Shown one piece after another: positions 25,380-37,111 of a DNA stretch of 64,000 nucleotides. The stretch is from Felis catus. Its lineage: Eukaryota. A program made the translations under genes and the position numbers. Under the pieces are notes generated by a model. The model did not search any database and was not told where the DNA came from. It saw nothing but the letters and a program-made list of their open reading frames with translations. The stretch's first letter is position 1. Every line of letters begins with the position of its first letter. Where the stretch lies: NCBI RefSeq assembly GCF_018350175.1, contig NC_058383.1, forward strand, positions 13,518,001-13,582,000, written 5' to 3'.

Positions 25380-25897
25380 TGCTATCAAACACATTTATCT
25401 TTGGCAAAAAATGAATTAAGTATTCTCTCATAATAGCCAAATATTCACTAATATAAAAGAATATAGGATAAATACCTCTTACGGTGAGACTGTCAGATTC
25501 ACGAAATCCCTTTTAAGTAAAAAAAATCTGGCAGTGATCCTACATAAATAATGTTTGATCTGGTCCAAGGATCTTACTTGAATTTATGGCCTATTACATG
25601 GGGAAAATACTGAAAGAAGAAGAAGAAATAACATTAAGAAAAACATGAGAATTCTATAGCCGAAAATGACTGATTATATAACTATTTTACCAATAAGATA
25701 GAGAAGAGGAATAAGGACAACTCACGTGGGTTTTCAGTAATGCTGTCATAAAGGAATCAAAATCCAGTCAACATGCAAACGTCCTACGTGTTGGCAGGAA
25801 GACAGGTTACGCATGCATACATTTATCAGAACTCAACAAACTGTATACTTGAGATCAGTGCCTTTTACTATCGCAGATTATTCTTCAGTACAAAAAA
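25380..25897 (+). mobile_element. L1 (L1MC/L1MD-type) 3' end; only the last ~100 bp are secure
   Basis: 'ggttacgcatgcatacatttatcagaactcaacaaactgtatacttgagatcagtgccttttacta...attattcttcagtacaaaaaa' is a sense-strand old L1 terminus. Confidence 0.6.
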
Positions 25898-26007
25898 GGA
25901 CAAAGTCAAATCAGCTGATTTATTGAGCAACAATTCCTGAGAAAGTTATAGCATTAAGCAATTTAGGGAGAGAAATTTCTTGGCCTTCAGGAAAGTTACA
26001 TATTCCT

Positions 26008-26240
26008 TGTTTTTTTAAGGTTTATTTATTTTGAGAGAGAGAGAGAGAGCAAGCCTGAGTGCATGTGCATGGGGGACGGGGCAGAGAGAGGGGGCAGAAA
26101 GAATCCCAAGCAGACTCTGGACTGTCAGCACAAAGCCCGACGTGGGCCTCAAACCGTGAGATCTCACGAAACTGTGAGATCATGACCTGAGCCTAAATCA
26201 AGAGTTGGATGCTCAATCAACTGAGCCACCCAGGGGCCCC
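26008..26240 (-). mobile_element. CAN-SINE (SINEC_Fc2-like)
   Basis: T tail, (GA)n, 'gaatcccaagcag...ctgagccacccaggggcccc'; degenerate TSD aaagttacatattcct (25992-26007) / aaacttgcatattcct (26242-26257). Confidence 0.93.
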
Positions 26241-26279
26241 TAAACTTGCATATTCCTGCTTAATCAGACACAAATTGGG

Positions 26280-26486
26280 TTTTTAAATTTTTTTTAATGT
26301 TTACTTATTTTTGAGAGAAAGCGTGAATGCATGAGGGGCAGAGAAAGACAGAGACAGAATCTGAAGCAAGCTCCGGGCTCTGAGATGTCAGCACAGAGCC
26401 CGACGCGGGGCTCACACTCACCAGCCGTGGGATCCTGACCTGAGCCGAAGTCAGACACTTACCCGACTGAGCCGCCCAGGTGCCTC
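26280..26486 (-). mobile_element. CAN-SINE
   Basis: 'tttttttaatgtttacttattttgagaga...gacagaatctgaagc...cagcacagagcccgacgcggggctc...gactgagccgcccaggtgcctc'; possible TSD cacaaatt. Confidence 0.93.
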
Positions 26487-26515
26487 CACAAATTCTTAAT
26501 AATAAGAATTAAATA

Positions 26516-26742
26516 GGGGCGCCTAAGCGGCTCAGTTGGTTAACGTCCGACTGCGGCTCAGGTCATGATCTCACGGCTGGTGAGTGCGAGCCTCGCGTCG
26601 GACTCTGTGCTCAGATCTCGGAGCCTGGAACGTGCTTCGGATTCTGTGTCTCCCTCTCTATCTCTGCTCACCTCCATTCACTCACTCACTCACTCTCTCT
26701 CTCTCTCTCTCAAAAATAAACATTTTTTAAAAATTTTAAAAA
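26516..26742 (+). mobile_element. CAN-SINE
   Basis: 'ggggcgcctaagcggctcagttggttaa...gagcctggaacgtgcttcggattctgtgtctccctctc...caaaaataaacatt'. Confidence 0.93.
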
Positions 26743-26944
26743 TCAACAGTGAATGAGGCATTGAATTCTGGATCTCATGGAGCCTTCAAGATTAGCATCA
26801 CTCCTTTTCTAAATATAAAAAAGCTGAAACCCCAAACATTTTAGAAAATTGTCCAAAGAAAATTAGGGACCAAATTTCACCAAGTGGCAAGACGTTAATC
26901 TTAAAGCTTCTTCTTCTTTCCCCTTTGTCCTGTCAACTTCCTCC

Positions 26945-27955
26945 TCCTCCCACCTGTTAACTGACCCCAAGGGTCTGTTTTCAGTTCTCTTTGGCTTTCT
27001 CTTTATGTTGTACTCTCCTTGACCGATTCATTTCAATGTTAGTAGTTCTTCATTCCATCGGTAAATACCTTTGAGTTCTTACCACATGCCCAGCAATGTT
27101 TTGTGAGTGAGCAGTATGGCACTGAACCACAGGCTAAGGCTTTCGCTCATAGAGCCTATTTTCTACTCATATCCGTGCACATGGAGCCCTGAGAGTGATT
27201 TCCCAGACCAGTGTTCTCACCCAATCCAGACTCCATTGCCCCATAGCTTCCCTGGTGAATCACAGCAGTACCTTAAGCTCCACGTAGCTCTAATCTCATC
27301 TTTGGCTCTTCTTGCTGAACATCTAGGTCAACCAATTTTAATTCCCTAAACTCTAACACATTGTTTTTTTTCTTTTATCTGTTCAGAATCTCCTTGTTTC
27401 CTCACTTCTTCCTTGGAATGTTCCAGTAGCTTTCTAATTCATTTGTCTGTCTCCCGTTGTCCTCAGCTCTGATCATATACATCACTGCTTGATTTTTTTT
27501 CTCCTAAAACATGTCTCCTATATCAACGGTTTCTCAAATACACACACACTCACTTACATGCTCTTTTCTTTGGGTCTTGTTTGCCTTACAAATTAAATGG
27601 AAACTCCTCTATCTGGCAGTAAAGACTATTATAAAAGTCTTTAGACTTTCTGGCAGTAAAGACTATTGTAAAAGATCTTATTACATCTCCACAAATAGGT
27701 ACCTGCTCGAACGGTAGCCATGGTGCATTCTTGGCCGCTGCCTTTAACATGTCCCCTATTTTCTGTCCCTCTGTGGTTGCTCTCTCTGTTTGTCACCTGG
27801 ATGCACTGGGCACTACCATCCCCACCCAGAACTCATCAGCCTCCGTTCCGCTCACACCACCTTTTCTAAGGGACCTTTCTCTGTCTGAACACCACGATTC
27901 TTCCCTCCTCTGAAAACACTAATGTCTCGCTGCACTGCATTATGGTTGTTCTCGT
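26945..27955 (+). mobile_element. L2 fragment with a short opposite-strand L2 end nested at ~27050-27165
   Basis: Pyrimidine-rich L2-like segments ('ttgccttacaaattaaatggaaactcct', 'accaccttttctaagggacctttc'); nested 'gtaaatacctttgagttcttaccacatgcccagcaatg'. Confidence 0.55.
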
Positions 27956-27957
27956 AC

Positions 27958-28101
27958 ATTTTTATTAAAATAACCGGACGTATTTTCATAAAATGACACA
28001 TCCTTATTTGAAAAAAATTAAAATGTACAGAAGGGTAATGAAAGTAAAAACCACTTGAAATCTCTTCACCCAAAGATACCAATTCTCAAGCATCCCTCCA
28101 G

Positions 28102-28142
<41 letters not shown>

Positions 28143-28700
28143 CGTGCACAAACATTTATGAAGTCTATACATTTGTCCCTAAATGAGATCCAATTCTACC
28201 TGCTTTTTTTCCTGTTGATACATTCTGGTGCTTTTGAAACGTTCCTCACTAGAGAACCAAACTATAGTTTTCAGCGGCTGCACGATCCTTCATCGTTCGG
28301 CTTAACCGGAATCTAACCGCTGCTTGTTTTGTCTGGGAGCTGGCCTTCCTCCCGCCATCAGCAGGTGCGAGGAGCTTGTTCTCCCGTGTGCTAGCTCATG
28401 TGCTCAGCACAGCCATATAAAATACAAGCGAGCAGTCTGTCGTGGGCCTCGACGAGAACTGTTGTGACCGTCCACTCCGTGCGGTTCAGGACCTGACAAA
28501 ACCGTTTGGAGATCTTGAAAGAGGTTAGAGAGGACTGACCTAAAATCCCGAGTAAGATTGCAGCCTTTGTAAAAAACGTTGTGTTAACTGCTTTGAACAG
28601 CGCTGTCCTTCCACCGCCCGCGAGAAAGCCATTCATTGTTCCTCATTACATAATCTGCAGAGAGCTTCCCCACCCAGAGAGGAGCATGTCCCGCTCCCCT
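27958..28700 (-). mobile_element. Ancient L1 (L1ME4-like) 3' fragment containing a (TG)n tract
   Basis: 'ttgaaaaaaattaaaatgtacagaagggtaatgaaagtaaaa...cccaaagatacca...catccctccagac...aaatgagatc'; the distal part is heavily diverged. Confidence 0.55.
28105..28140. repeat. (TG)18 microsatellite
   Basis: Direct reading. Confidence 0.95.
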
Positions 28701-30879
28701 CTTCCCAGCAGCTGAAAGCGGAGTCTGTCCTGTGCCTCCGAGGGTTTCTTCACAGCGCAGGCCTCATGCTATCCCTAATTAGCCGGAGCACTCCCAGCCG
28801 GAAGCCCCGGTGCCCGGCCTTGACAAAAGTCTGCTTTTTCCAGGGAAAAGGCAAAGCCCGCCTCTCTGTCTAGGGGCGCCTCCGGGAGACCAGCAGAAGC
28901 AGGGTGGTGGGGAGCTCTCCCATCAGTCAGTGCGGGGAACCTGCTGCATTCTCTAGTGACCTGCGGTGTGCTGCCTCCCCTCCCTGCAAAGAGGGGTCCA
29001 TCAGACTATGCCTTTGTCCTCCACCGGCACACCTAAGCACCACGAGACAGGCCCCTTCTGCGTGATCCTGAGCGTTCAGTCCCGTCCCTTCCCCGTTTTG
29101 GGCTTCGGCGACCGATCTGCCTGCCATCCCACAGCCAACCTCCAGCCACTTGTGTTAATGATGTATGCGATTAGCAGCCTATGGTAGTTCATTAGAGAAA
29201 GAAAAAAAGGAAAGAAAGAAAAACCGTGAGATCGTTTGCCTGTCACTGTGAAGTGAAGCTTGACGGGAACATCCTCACTGTCCCTCCCCATCGCCCCTCC
29301 TGCCGTGCGTCTGTGATCTTCTGTGCGCATGCGCTCACAGTTGCCTGTGTTCCGTGGCTCTGCCATTTGCTCAGTGGGGGGACATTTCCTTAGCCGAGCA
29401 ATGCACTGCTCTGCCTGAGGGATTGAGAACATATTGCTTGGCAGGTGGGCCTGCTCAGACGCACTGACTGTTGTTTCAGCACTGACAGGGAACATACATC
29501 ATGCGGGCCCATTATGCCAGCATAAATCCATGGTAACCTGTTCAGAGGGCTGCAACCAGCAAACAAAGTGTCTGGGCCTTAATAGGTGATATTTTTGAAA
29601 CATATAATTGGGATCTGAGAAGTAATTCTGGATGACAGGCCACTCCTTCTGCCATCTTAACAGAAGCTGGGCCTACAGCAAAATACCACTCCTGCCGTAC
29701 CGCAGAACGACGACGATTGCCATTCTAGCTCAGCTCCAGGCAGCTGTGCGCGGGGCCGACTGTGCCAAGAGACTGTCTGGGGAGGGAAAAGAGCCTTCAG
29801 CTTTGAGGTCTTTCCTTTATGCCTTGGTGCTCACCACTGGCAAAAACCTGCTCCTGGGGCCGTCACTGGAGAATGTCAGAGGCGCTCTCCTTCGCCTACT
29901 GATACGAGCTTGAGAGGGACCTAGAGCTTGCTTGTGGTGTTGGCTAGCGGACACATAGGCCTCTGAGCAGAGACCCCTGGCTGTTCTCATGAAGAGAAGC
30001 TCTTCATTTCCGCGGTGGGCTGCAGGGGAAGAGTGAGGTATCAGTCAGGTCCTGGGCAGAGCACACGGTCCGGATATCACAGCCTGGGTCCTTCCCCACG
30101 GGAAAGGTGGACGTGCGGCTCCACAGATAGGCGGCGGGAGAGATTGGCACAGCCCTGGTTACAGTCGACACCATTTCCTGAGTTCCAGAGACCCGGCAGG
30201 GGGAAGCGTTTGGTTCAGGTTGTCATAAAGCCAGTCTTCTTTGGGAGCGGTGTGCGTTTTCCTCCCGACACGCAGCCTGTGTCCCCGCACTCTCCTTGTG
30301 CAGACCGCTCGCAAGACTGACGCCCCTGCACTTACGCACCAGCCACTTTCCACTCCCCCCCCTGCGCTGTGTTCTCCTCGTGGACAGGTGTCATGCCTTA
30401 TCTGGGCTTCGCAGAGTGCTGGTTTCCTGGTAAATGCAGAAGGAATGAAGAAAGGAAGATGCTCATTCGTTGTTGACTTTTCTTTTATCTTCTTGATTTC
30501 CAAGAAACCACAACTCTGGCCTTTGAGTATGACTTGCCAATTAAATTAAAACTGGGTGGCAATATTGTATTATTTCGTTTTCATTTCTGCCAGACAACCC
30601 AGCCAGTATTAGCACAGCCTGGTCTGCGTGCTAGAGGATCTGCATTCTGTCTTGCCACAGAATTAATTTCCTTAAAGCAAACTAGAAGATGTCCTCAGGG
30701 GATCGAGGACCTTCGAAACTGTAAAGACCGAGGGGGAGACGGTTAGGAATATGAGCAGTAGCAGTCAGTGTTTAGAAAAGTTGCCTGAGAGCCTGGCATA
30801 CCATGGTGACCATCAGAGACATGGGCTCATCACACCCTACAATGGCCCAGCCACCATTCTGCTGGTTACGCTGTTTGCT

Positions 30880-31085
30880 CATGCTTCTACTCAACAGTGT
30901 GGTTGGTGATGACACAGCAGTTTGCCAACATAGAAAGCTTCACGCAAATACAGACTCGGGTGCCCTGTCTCCAGACACTGTAGGTTAGGAGACCTTTCGT
31001 GGGGCCTGGGCATTTGTACTTTTGAAATGTTCTCCACACGGTTTGGATGCAATCAGTCCGTGGACTTTGGTTAGGGGAGCGCTGA
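30880..31085 (+). mobile_element. MER5-family MITE
   Basis: 'cttctactcaacagtgtggt...aaatacagactcgggtgccc...gtggggcctgggcatttgtacttttgaaa...ttggatgca'. Confidence 0.55.
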
Positions 31086-31360
31086 TTAGGAACACAATAC
31101 TTGAGAATCTGAGCATTTCCTTCAGTCTTAACTACTGCCTGGGACAAATACTGGTACATCCTTCCCGGAGCATTTTCCTGAAATAAATCATGATGTCTTA
31201 GCTGCTTTGAGGGGCCCTGAGAGCTCCTTGCAAGAAAGAAAACCAAGAGGGTTTTCGGGATGTAAGGAAAACATCATTTAGTATATTTCCATATCTATTG
31301 ACAGGTCTGCCTCTGAAATAATCTTTTGGTTTTAAATGACTTAATTTGTTTTAAATAAAA

Positions 31361-31592
31361 AGGCTTTATCGAGACACGATCGCATAAAGCTCACCCTTTT
31401 AACGTCTACAGTTCACTGATTGTTAGTATATTCGCAGACATTTAGTATCTCACACAACCAACACCACTGTCTAATTCCAGAACGTTTTCATCACACCGAG
31501 AAGAAACCCCATACCCATGCCTTCCTGCCTCCAGCCCCTGACAACCACTCATGTACTTTCAATCTGTATGGATTTGCCTTTTCCAGATGTTT
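31361..31592 (-). mobile_element. L1 (L1MB-type) extreme 3' end
   Basis: 'gctttatcgagaca...ctcacccttttaacgtctacagttca...tctaattccagaacgttttcatcac...ccagcccctgacaaccact...tatggatttgccttttccaga'. Confidence 0.85.
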
Positions 31593-31899
31593 AATCTCTG
31601 AAACATCATATGCTGACTGGACATGAATTCAGTTATGTTTTTAAATATCTCTAAAGAAAAATTTTCCAACTTCCAACGAGGGTCCCTGGGTCTGACATGT
31701 TACATGTTGAGAAAGATCTCACTTGTGTCTTTTACTGACTTCAATTGCAGTAGCTTCTATAATAACTCCTATTCCCTTCTTTATTTTGTCTCTCGCTTAC
31801 CATTTCACCAACCCTCAAATTCTTTATAGATGCAAACGTCAGTATCAAGTCCCTTCCAACTTATCTGTAGGATGACTGATCTCGATATTCCTAGGCCCC

Positions 31900-33447
31900 T
31901 CCTCAGATTTGACCAGTGTTTCCATTTCCTCCTCCCATTCACCTAAATAAGGAAACATCCACTCCTTTCTCTAAGGTGGGCACCTCCATTTGTGTGCCCT
32001 CTTCCACTTCCTCCCTCCTCCTCCAGAACCTGGCTTTTGACTCTCTTCGTTTCCGTTCTTCAACTTCCAGAAAGACTCAAGAGTTCATGCTTTTAAAAAA
32101 ATTGCTTGGCTCCTGCTGCCCCTTGAGGTAACCATTCTATTCTCATTTCCTTCACTGTCAAGTCTTTTGGAAGCACAGTTTGTTCTCGTGGTTGGTACTC
32201 CTTTTCCCACCCACTCCCACCTAACTTCTTGCACTCGTGAGTCTACCTTTGTTAGTTTGCTGAAATTTCTCTTTGTGGTTCATGGCGTCATCGTATTTGC
32301 CAAGCCTGGTAACTTCCCTGGTCCCTTTCCCCATGACCTTTAGGTCACACAGAACCCTGTTGGCCATCCCTCCGTCTTGAAACCCTCTTTTCCTTTTGGT
32401 TTCCGTGATACTCCCCGTTCTCCTTCTACCTTGGGCTCCATTGCTCCATGCCTTCCTAAATATGGATGCCCCCTCTTTTATCTGTCTCTTTATTTTCTCT
32501 CTTTCCAGTCTCATAACACCATCTGGCTCCTAACTACGTGGATAACTTCCAAAACTATCTTCACCACTTGGATGTCCTGCCAGCTTCATAGACTCATTGC
32601 TCAAAACAGAACTCACACCCTGGCAGGCTCTCGTGCTTTCCCTAATTCTGGCCATAGAGTGACCCAGGGTTGAAAATTTGACTTAGTTCTTTCTTTCAAC
32701 TCCTTGGTTGCCATGGCTGACAGCCATCGTGTATGTAACGCCCTTTTGTTCTGTCTGGGCTGTACTTCTTCATCTGTTGTCCTACTTCTTCATGCCATTG
32801 TCCAAAGCCAGGCCTTTGTTTCTCGTACCTGGACCGTCACCAGGCCCCATTCCGACTCTGCTCATTCCGTCTTACGCATGGCTGCCAGACATCAATCCTC
32901 CTTCAGTATGCCATTTCCTTAGGCAGCCTTCCAGGTTCCTTAACCCTACTGAATACATCCTGTACTCCTTCACCTAACTTGTAAGGCCTTCTACAACCTG
33001 AACCTTGTCTTCCCTTCAGACCCATTCTGTACTCTTCCTCCCTCCCTGTGTTCTAGCCCAAGCAAAACCCTGGTCATCTTTGTCTTCCGCCTCTACAGTC
33101 TGTTATTCCAGACCCCTGCTTATCCTGTGCCTTTCATCCAAAATGATATCCTTTATTTCTGCCAGCATGATCTTGTGTGTTGAAATTCTCAGATCCTTCA
33201 AATCCCTTCTCCTCCGTGAAGTCTTAGAATAGGATTTCTCTCTCTTTTGGATTTCCAGAATTGTGTGTGTTGGGGGAGGGGGAAGGACTTGTGGCTCTTT
33301 GTCTCATATTTCAATTATTTATGTGCCTGTCTTATCCGCTCCCCCAAAGGTAGAAGGCCTGCCTTTTCATTGTTATAACTCCTGTACCAGCTGGTAGAGT
33401 GTTTTAAATATAGAGTATTATGGATAGGTATTTCTTGAGTGAGTGAA
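31900..33447 (+). mobile_element. L2 fragment (~1.5 kb) reaching the 3' end
   Basis: 'ggccatccctccgtcttgaaaccctcttttcctttggtttccgtgata', 'tcttcaccacttggatgtcc' and terminal 'atttcttgagtgagtga'. Confidence 0.75.
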
Positions 33448-33644
33448 ACTTTTAGCCTCTGTAATATATAGAAGAGGTAAAAAGCTAAACTTGTTCACGA
33501 CAGTCTTCGTGTCAGTGTCAGGAGAGTTCTCTGTCATTTTGGCCTGTTATTATTTTCAATCAATCCAAGCACAAGGCTTGGATGAAGGAAACGAGAGAAT
33601 TGTAGCAAACCTGCCAGCATCTTCATTGACTTGTCTTGTATCTG

Positions 33645-33860
33645 CATAATGTTTTATACCATTTGAAAGGACTTTTGCATTTTACCTGATCCTCTATATA
33701 GCCATGTAAGGTTACGGAAGGCTGGCGATTCTCACATCCATCAGCTCATAAATGAGGGAAATGCGGTCTGGTGAGTTTTAATGACTTAACCAATGTTAGC
33801 TTATTAGACAGTGGCAGAGCCTGGACAAAGGGACACGTTGGCTGTCTTTATTCAAAGAGC
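33645..33860 (-). mobile_element. MIR fragment
   Basis: 'cataaatgagggaaatgcggtc...aatgacttaaccaatg...agtggcagagcctgga'. Confidence 0.6.
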
Positions 33861-35267
33861 TGTCACGTGAAGGAACTACATCTTGGGTTTTTTTTTAATT
33901 ATTATTATTCTTTATTTCCTCAGAGGATAGAAAATGTACAGGTGATTCAAGCTAAATTAAGGAAAAACATTGTTTATCAGATCCACTCCAAGGTGGTATT
34001 TACTACTTTCATCGTTCAGGTGGAGCTCAGGTAGGGCAACCTGGCCAACCAGGTGTAGGACATTCTGTTGAAATGAGCCACTCAAAAGGTGCAAGACGAC
34101 CAAGGTCCCTTCTGAGTCTACAATTCTGTGATTCCTTTTTAGGTTGGGACCGTGGTACTCTACTCAATAATCCAAGTTTCGATTTCTGTCTTTCTTTAAA
34201 ACGTAACCTGAAGCAGATATAGCTCAGGTGTGAGATGACGTACTGTCCGGGTCTTAAACCTTCCGCAGAATGCAGACCTCACCTTCTCCTAGCCATTCTC
34301 TCAGTGGACCGCCTGCAGGTGGAAATATAAAAGAACATATTTTCACCCAGTCCTTCAGTGCCTACAGTTGCCAACCCAGGGGGAAAAAAATGAAATATGC
34401 AGAAAATTTCACAGATGCCATCATCACATGTAGCTGGCCCAGTCTGGCAACTCCAGGCACCTGTCTGGTGTTATGGACATGGCGAGCAAGCCCAACGATC
34501 TCTCAGAATGGCATGTTCTGTTGGAAGGACGTTGGTGACTCTAATGAGCTCCAAACTTTTCCTTGAAATGGGAAGTTGCCTAAAAAGGCAACTACTGCGA
34601 CACAGCCAAATGGAAATCATGATATTTCACTGAACTCAGAACCAGATCTGCCTTTTTTTTTTCTTTACAGAAACATTTTGTGTGCCATGTGCCTTGGGAG
34701 CCAAAAAGAAATCATACGTTGGCTCCCTGTTCCACTTTGCTAAGCTCAGATACTGTAAATACCCTCCTCTCTCTCATAACATTAAATTTTTCATGAATTC
34801 ATCATAAAGGAGCCACTTTGTAGGTTTGGCTGGTACCAGTGAAAGACTTCATTTTCTATTTCACAGTAACTTTTCAGTGCAAAAAAATTATGGGTGCAAT
34901 GTTGAAAGACTAGAATTATTCATCAAGTCTTCACTGCCTGAAAATGAAGGGAATTTTTCTGAAACCTATCTGGGAGAATGCAGACACAGACATGCATATT
35001 TTAGATGGTGCTACATCTCAGCCATAGCCACCTAATCTTTCTCGAGGGAATTAGGGCTAAAAGAGGACATGCGCTTTCTCGTTGCTTTATGGATTCATTC
35101 AAGAGTCCACACAGCCCACAAATTTTCCCCTTACCTTCCAGGGTTCCTATAACTCACGAGTGCACTAAAGAGTAGAATATTTCATTGTATCGATGGAAAT
35201 ACCAGTAGCTTTAGAGTTGGATGCAAAAGGTGTACTTCAGGACGCAGCATGATAAAAAGCAACGCTA

Positions 35268-35431
35268 TATCAGAATCCCTGGGAAGGCTTGTTAAAACTC
35301 ATGCTAGACCCCACCCCAAGAGTTTCTGATTCAGTGGATCTGGGTTGGGGCCCAAGAATTTGCTTTTGTTTCTGGACACGTTTCCAGATGTTGGTGCTGC
35401 TGGCCTTAGGACTACACTTTAAGAAACACTG
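35268..35431 (-). mobile_element. MER5A MITE
   Basis: 'atcagaatccctgggaaggcttgttaaaac...gaccccaccccaagagtttctgattcagtggatctgggttggggcccaagaatttgc...cactttaagaaacactg'. Confidence 0.85.
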
Positions 35432-35434
35432 GTA

Positions 35435-35560
35435 TATTGAAAAGAACATCAGATCTAGAAGTTTGGAAACCTTGGCTCTAGTCCTAGCTCTGTTTTCTCT
35501 CGAACATGAGGCTTTGGCTAAGTCTCTGGGCCTCAGTTTCCTCATCTGTAAAGGAAGAGT
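35435..35560 (+). mobile_element. MIR 5' half and core
   Basis: 'tctagtcctagctctg...tctctgggcctcagtttcctcatctgtaaa'. Confidence 0.8.
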
Positions 35561-35879
35561 TGTGACTGCTGCTCTAAGTGACCTACTGTTGCTTTGAGAA
35601 TAAAATCTGACCATCTGTGAGAAAACAGCACTTCTGGAGGGACTTGTGTTATAATTCCCAAAGTGAGAAGATGCTTTAAGATGCAGGCATTCTGTCCAGC
35701 ATGGACACATGAGCCATAATTCTGCTGCTGTGCCAAGGAGGGGCCCACAAAGAAGAGATGTGAAGCTGGAAAGATTCAGGGAACCCCTCCCACCTCTAAC
35801 CTATCTTGAAAAAGCCACAGCTTTTTTCGTGTTCTGTACCGTGTCGCCAGGCTTTATTGGAACCATGTCTCTCAAATTT

Positions 35880-35999
35880 CTCCGTGACTCAGAACTCCTT
35901 AGGACACTTGTAAATGTACAAAGGCCACGCCCTGTCCTCTTTGAAGGAGCCTGGGCCTCCAGGTGATTCCTGTATACTCCAGAATTTGAGAACCACTAT
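35880..35999 (+). mobile_element. MER5-family fragment
   Basis: 'ctccaggtgattcc...aatttgagaaccacta' is a MER5 terminus. Confidence 0.6.
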
Positions 36000-36033
36000 A
36001 CCTGTGCTAGTAGCTCTAAAATCATACTCTACA

Positions 36034-36192
36034 CACTGGTTCTCAACCTTGTCTGGAATCACCCAAGCCACCCTTAAGTCCCATATGCATGGACCACGAA
36101 TGACCAAACTGGGAGGGGTGGGGTCTAAGTATCAATCGCACCTCACAAGCTCCCCAGTTACTGACATTTGCAGCCAAGGCTGAGAACCACTG
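36034..36192 (+). mobile_element. MER5B-like MITE with both terminal inverted repeats
   Basis: Begins cactggttctca, ends tgagaaccactg; internal 'aagctccccag...tgcagccaaggc'. Confidence 0.75.
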
Positions 36193-36229
36193 ATGTAGAA
36201 CGAGTCCTCTGTCATCATATCAGCACCCA

Positions 36230-36370
36230 TGATGTTTGTATTTGCTTGTCTCTTTCCCACATCATACGGTAAGAATATTGAGGGCAGCTCCGTGTGCCCA
36301 GAATCCGGCCCGAGTGCCTCACACTGCTTTGGATGTTCCAGGAATGCTGGTGTTAATTTGGAATGAACGA
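36230..36370 (+). mobile_element. L2 3' end
   Basis: 'ttgtctctttccca...gtaagaatattgagggcag...ggaatgaacga'. Confidence 0.5.
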
Positions 36371-36699
36371 ACCGCTCCGTTACGTTCAGATGACGTGCCA
36401 ACAATCTGTAGAACCTAGTCAGCCCCAACTATGAGTTACTCTTTCGAGTGACGTGAGTCAGAGAAGCCTGCCTTTGCAGATCTTTGAGAGTGCCGAGGAA
36501 GGAAACAAATGAGTACGTTCTGAACACCTGCCGTGTGCCCACCATTTCCATGTCTTCTCCCTCTACAACAGACATGAATTGTCCCTGTTTTCTTCTGAGG
36601 GGAGAAATGGTAGCAGCAGATTGCCCAAGGCGGGAAGCATGAGAGGGCCTGTTGGTCTCCAGAGTCCAGGTTCCTTTCTGGTTCTTCTCTTCCCACCTC

Positions 36700-37111
36700 T
36701 TGGATCTTCTCCTGCCCTCACCCCCATCCCCCTTCCCTCCCTGGCCTGCTCCTGCAGGACCCCCAGTGGATACCTCTTCCCTCCGAACCACGTAGGATCC
36801 TGCTCAGAACTTCCCGACTTCTCCGGTGAGCCTTCCTCTGGGAAATTCTCACTGACCCAGGACTTGATGAATTGCCTGACCGTCTTCCAAACTGGTCAGG
36901 TGCTCTCCCCCCCCCCGCCCCCGGCATGCTCTGAGCCGTGGTATAAAGCGTATCCCCTTAGCTTTGTAACTGTTTACTTAATTCTTCCTCCGGTAGACAG
37001 GAGGCTCCTTGAGGGCACAACATGTTTCTTGCTCATCTTTGTATTCCCTCAGCCTGGAGTATTTCCAAGCCCGTTGGAGGCACTCAAGAAGTTTTTTTAA
37101 AGAGTGAGTGA
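36700..37111 (+). mobile_element. L2 3' region
   Basis: 'tagacaggaggctccttgagggca...cttgctcatctttgtattccc...ggaggcactcaagaa...gagtgagtga'. Confidence 0.75.

Noticed and set aside
36579..37100. 173-aa ORF
   Set aside because: It lies largely within an L2 relic, is low-complexity (P/S/L-rich) and has no recognisable domain.
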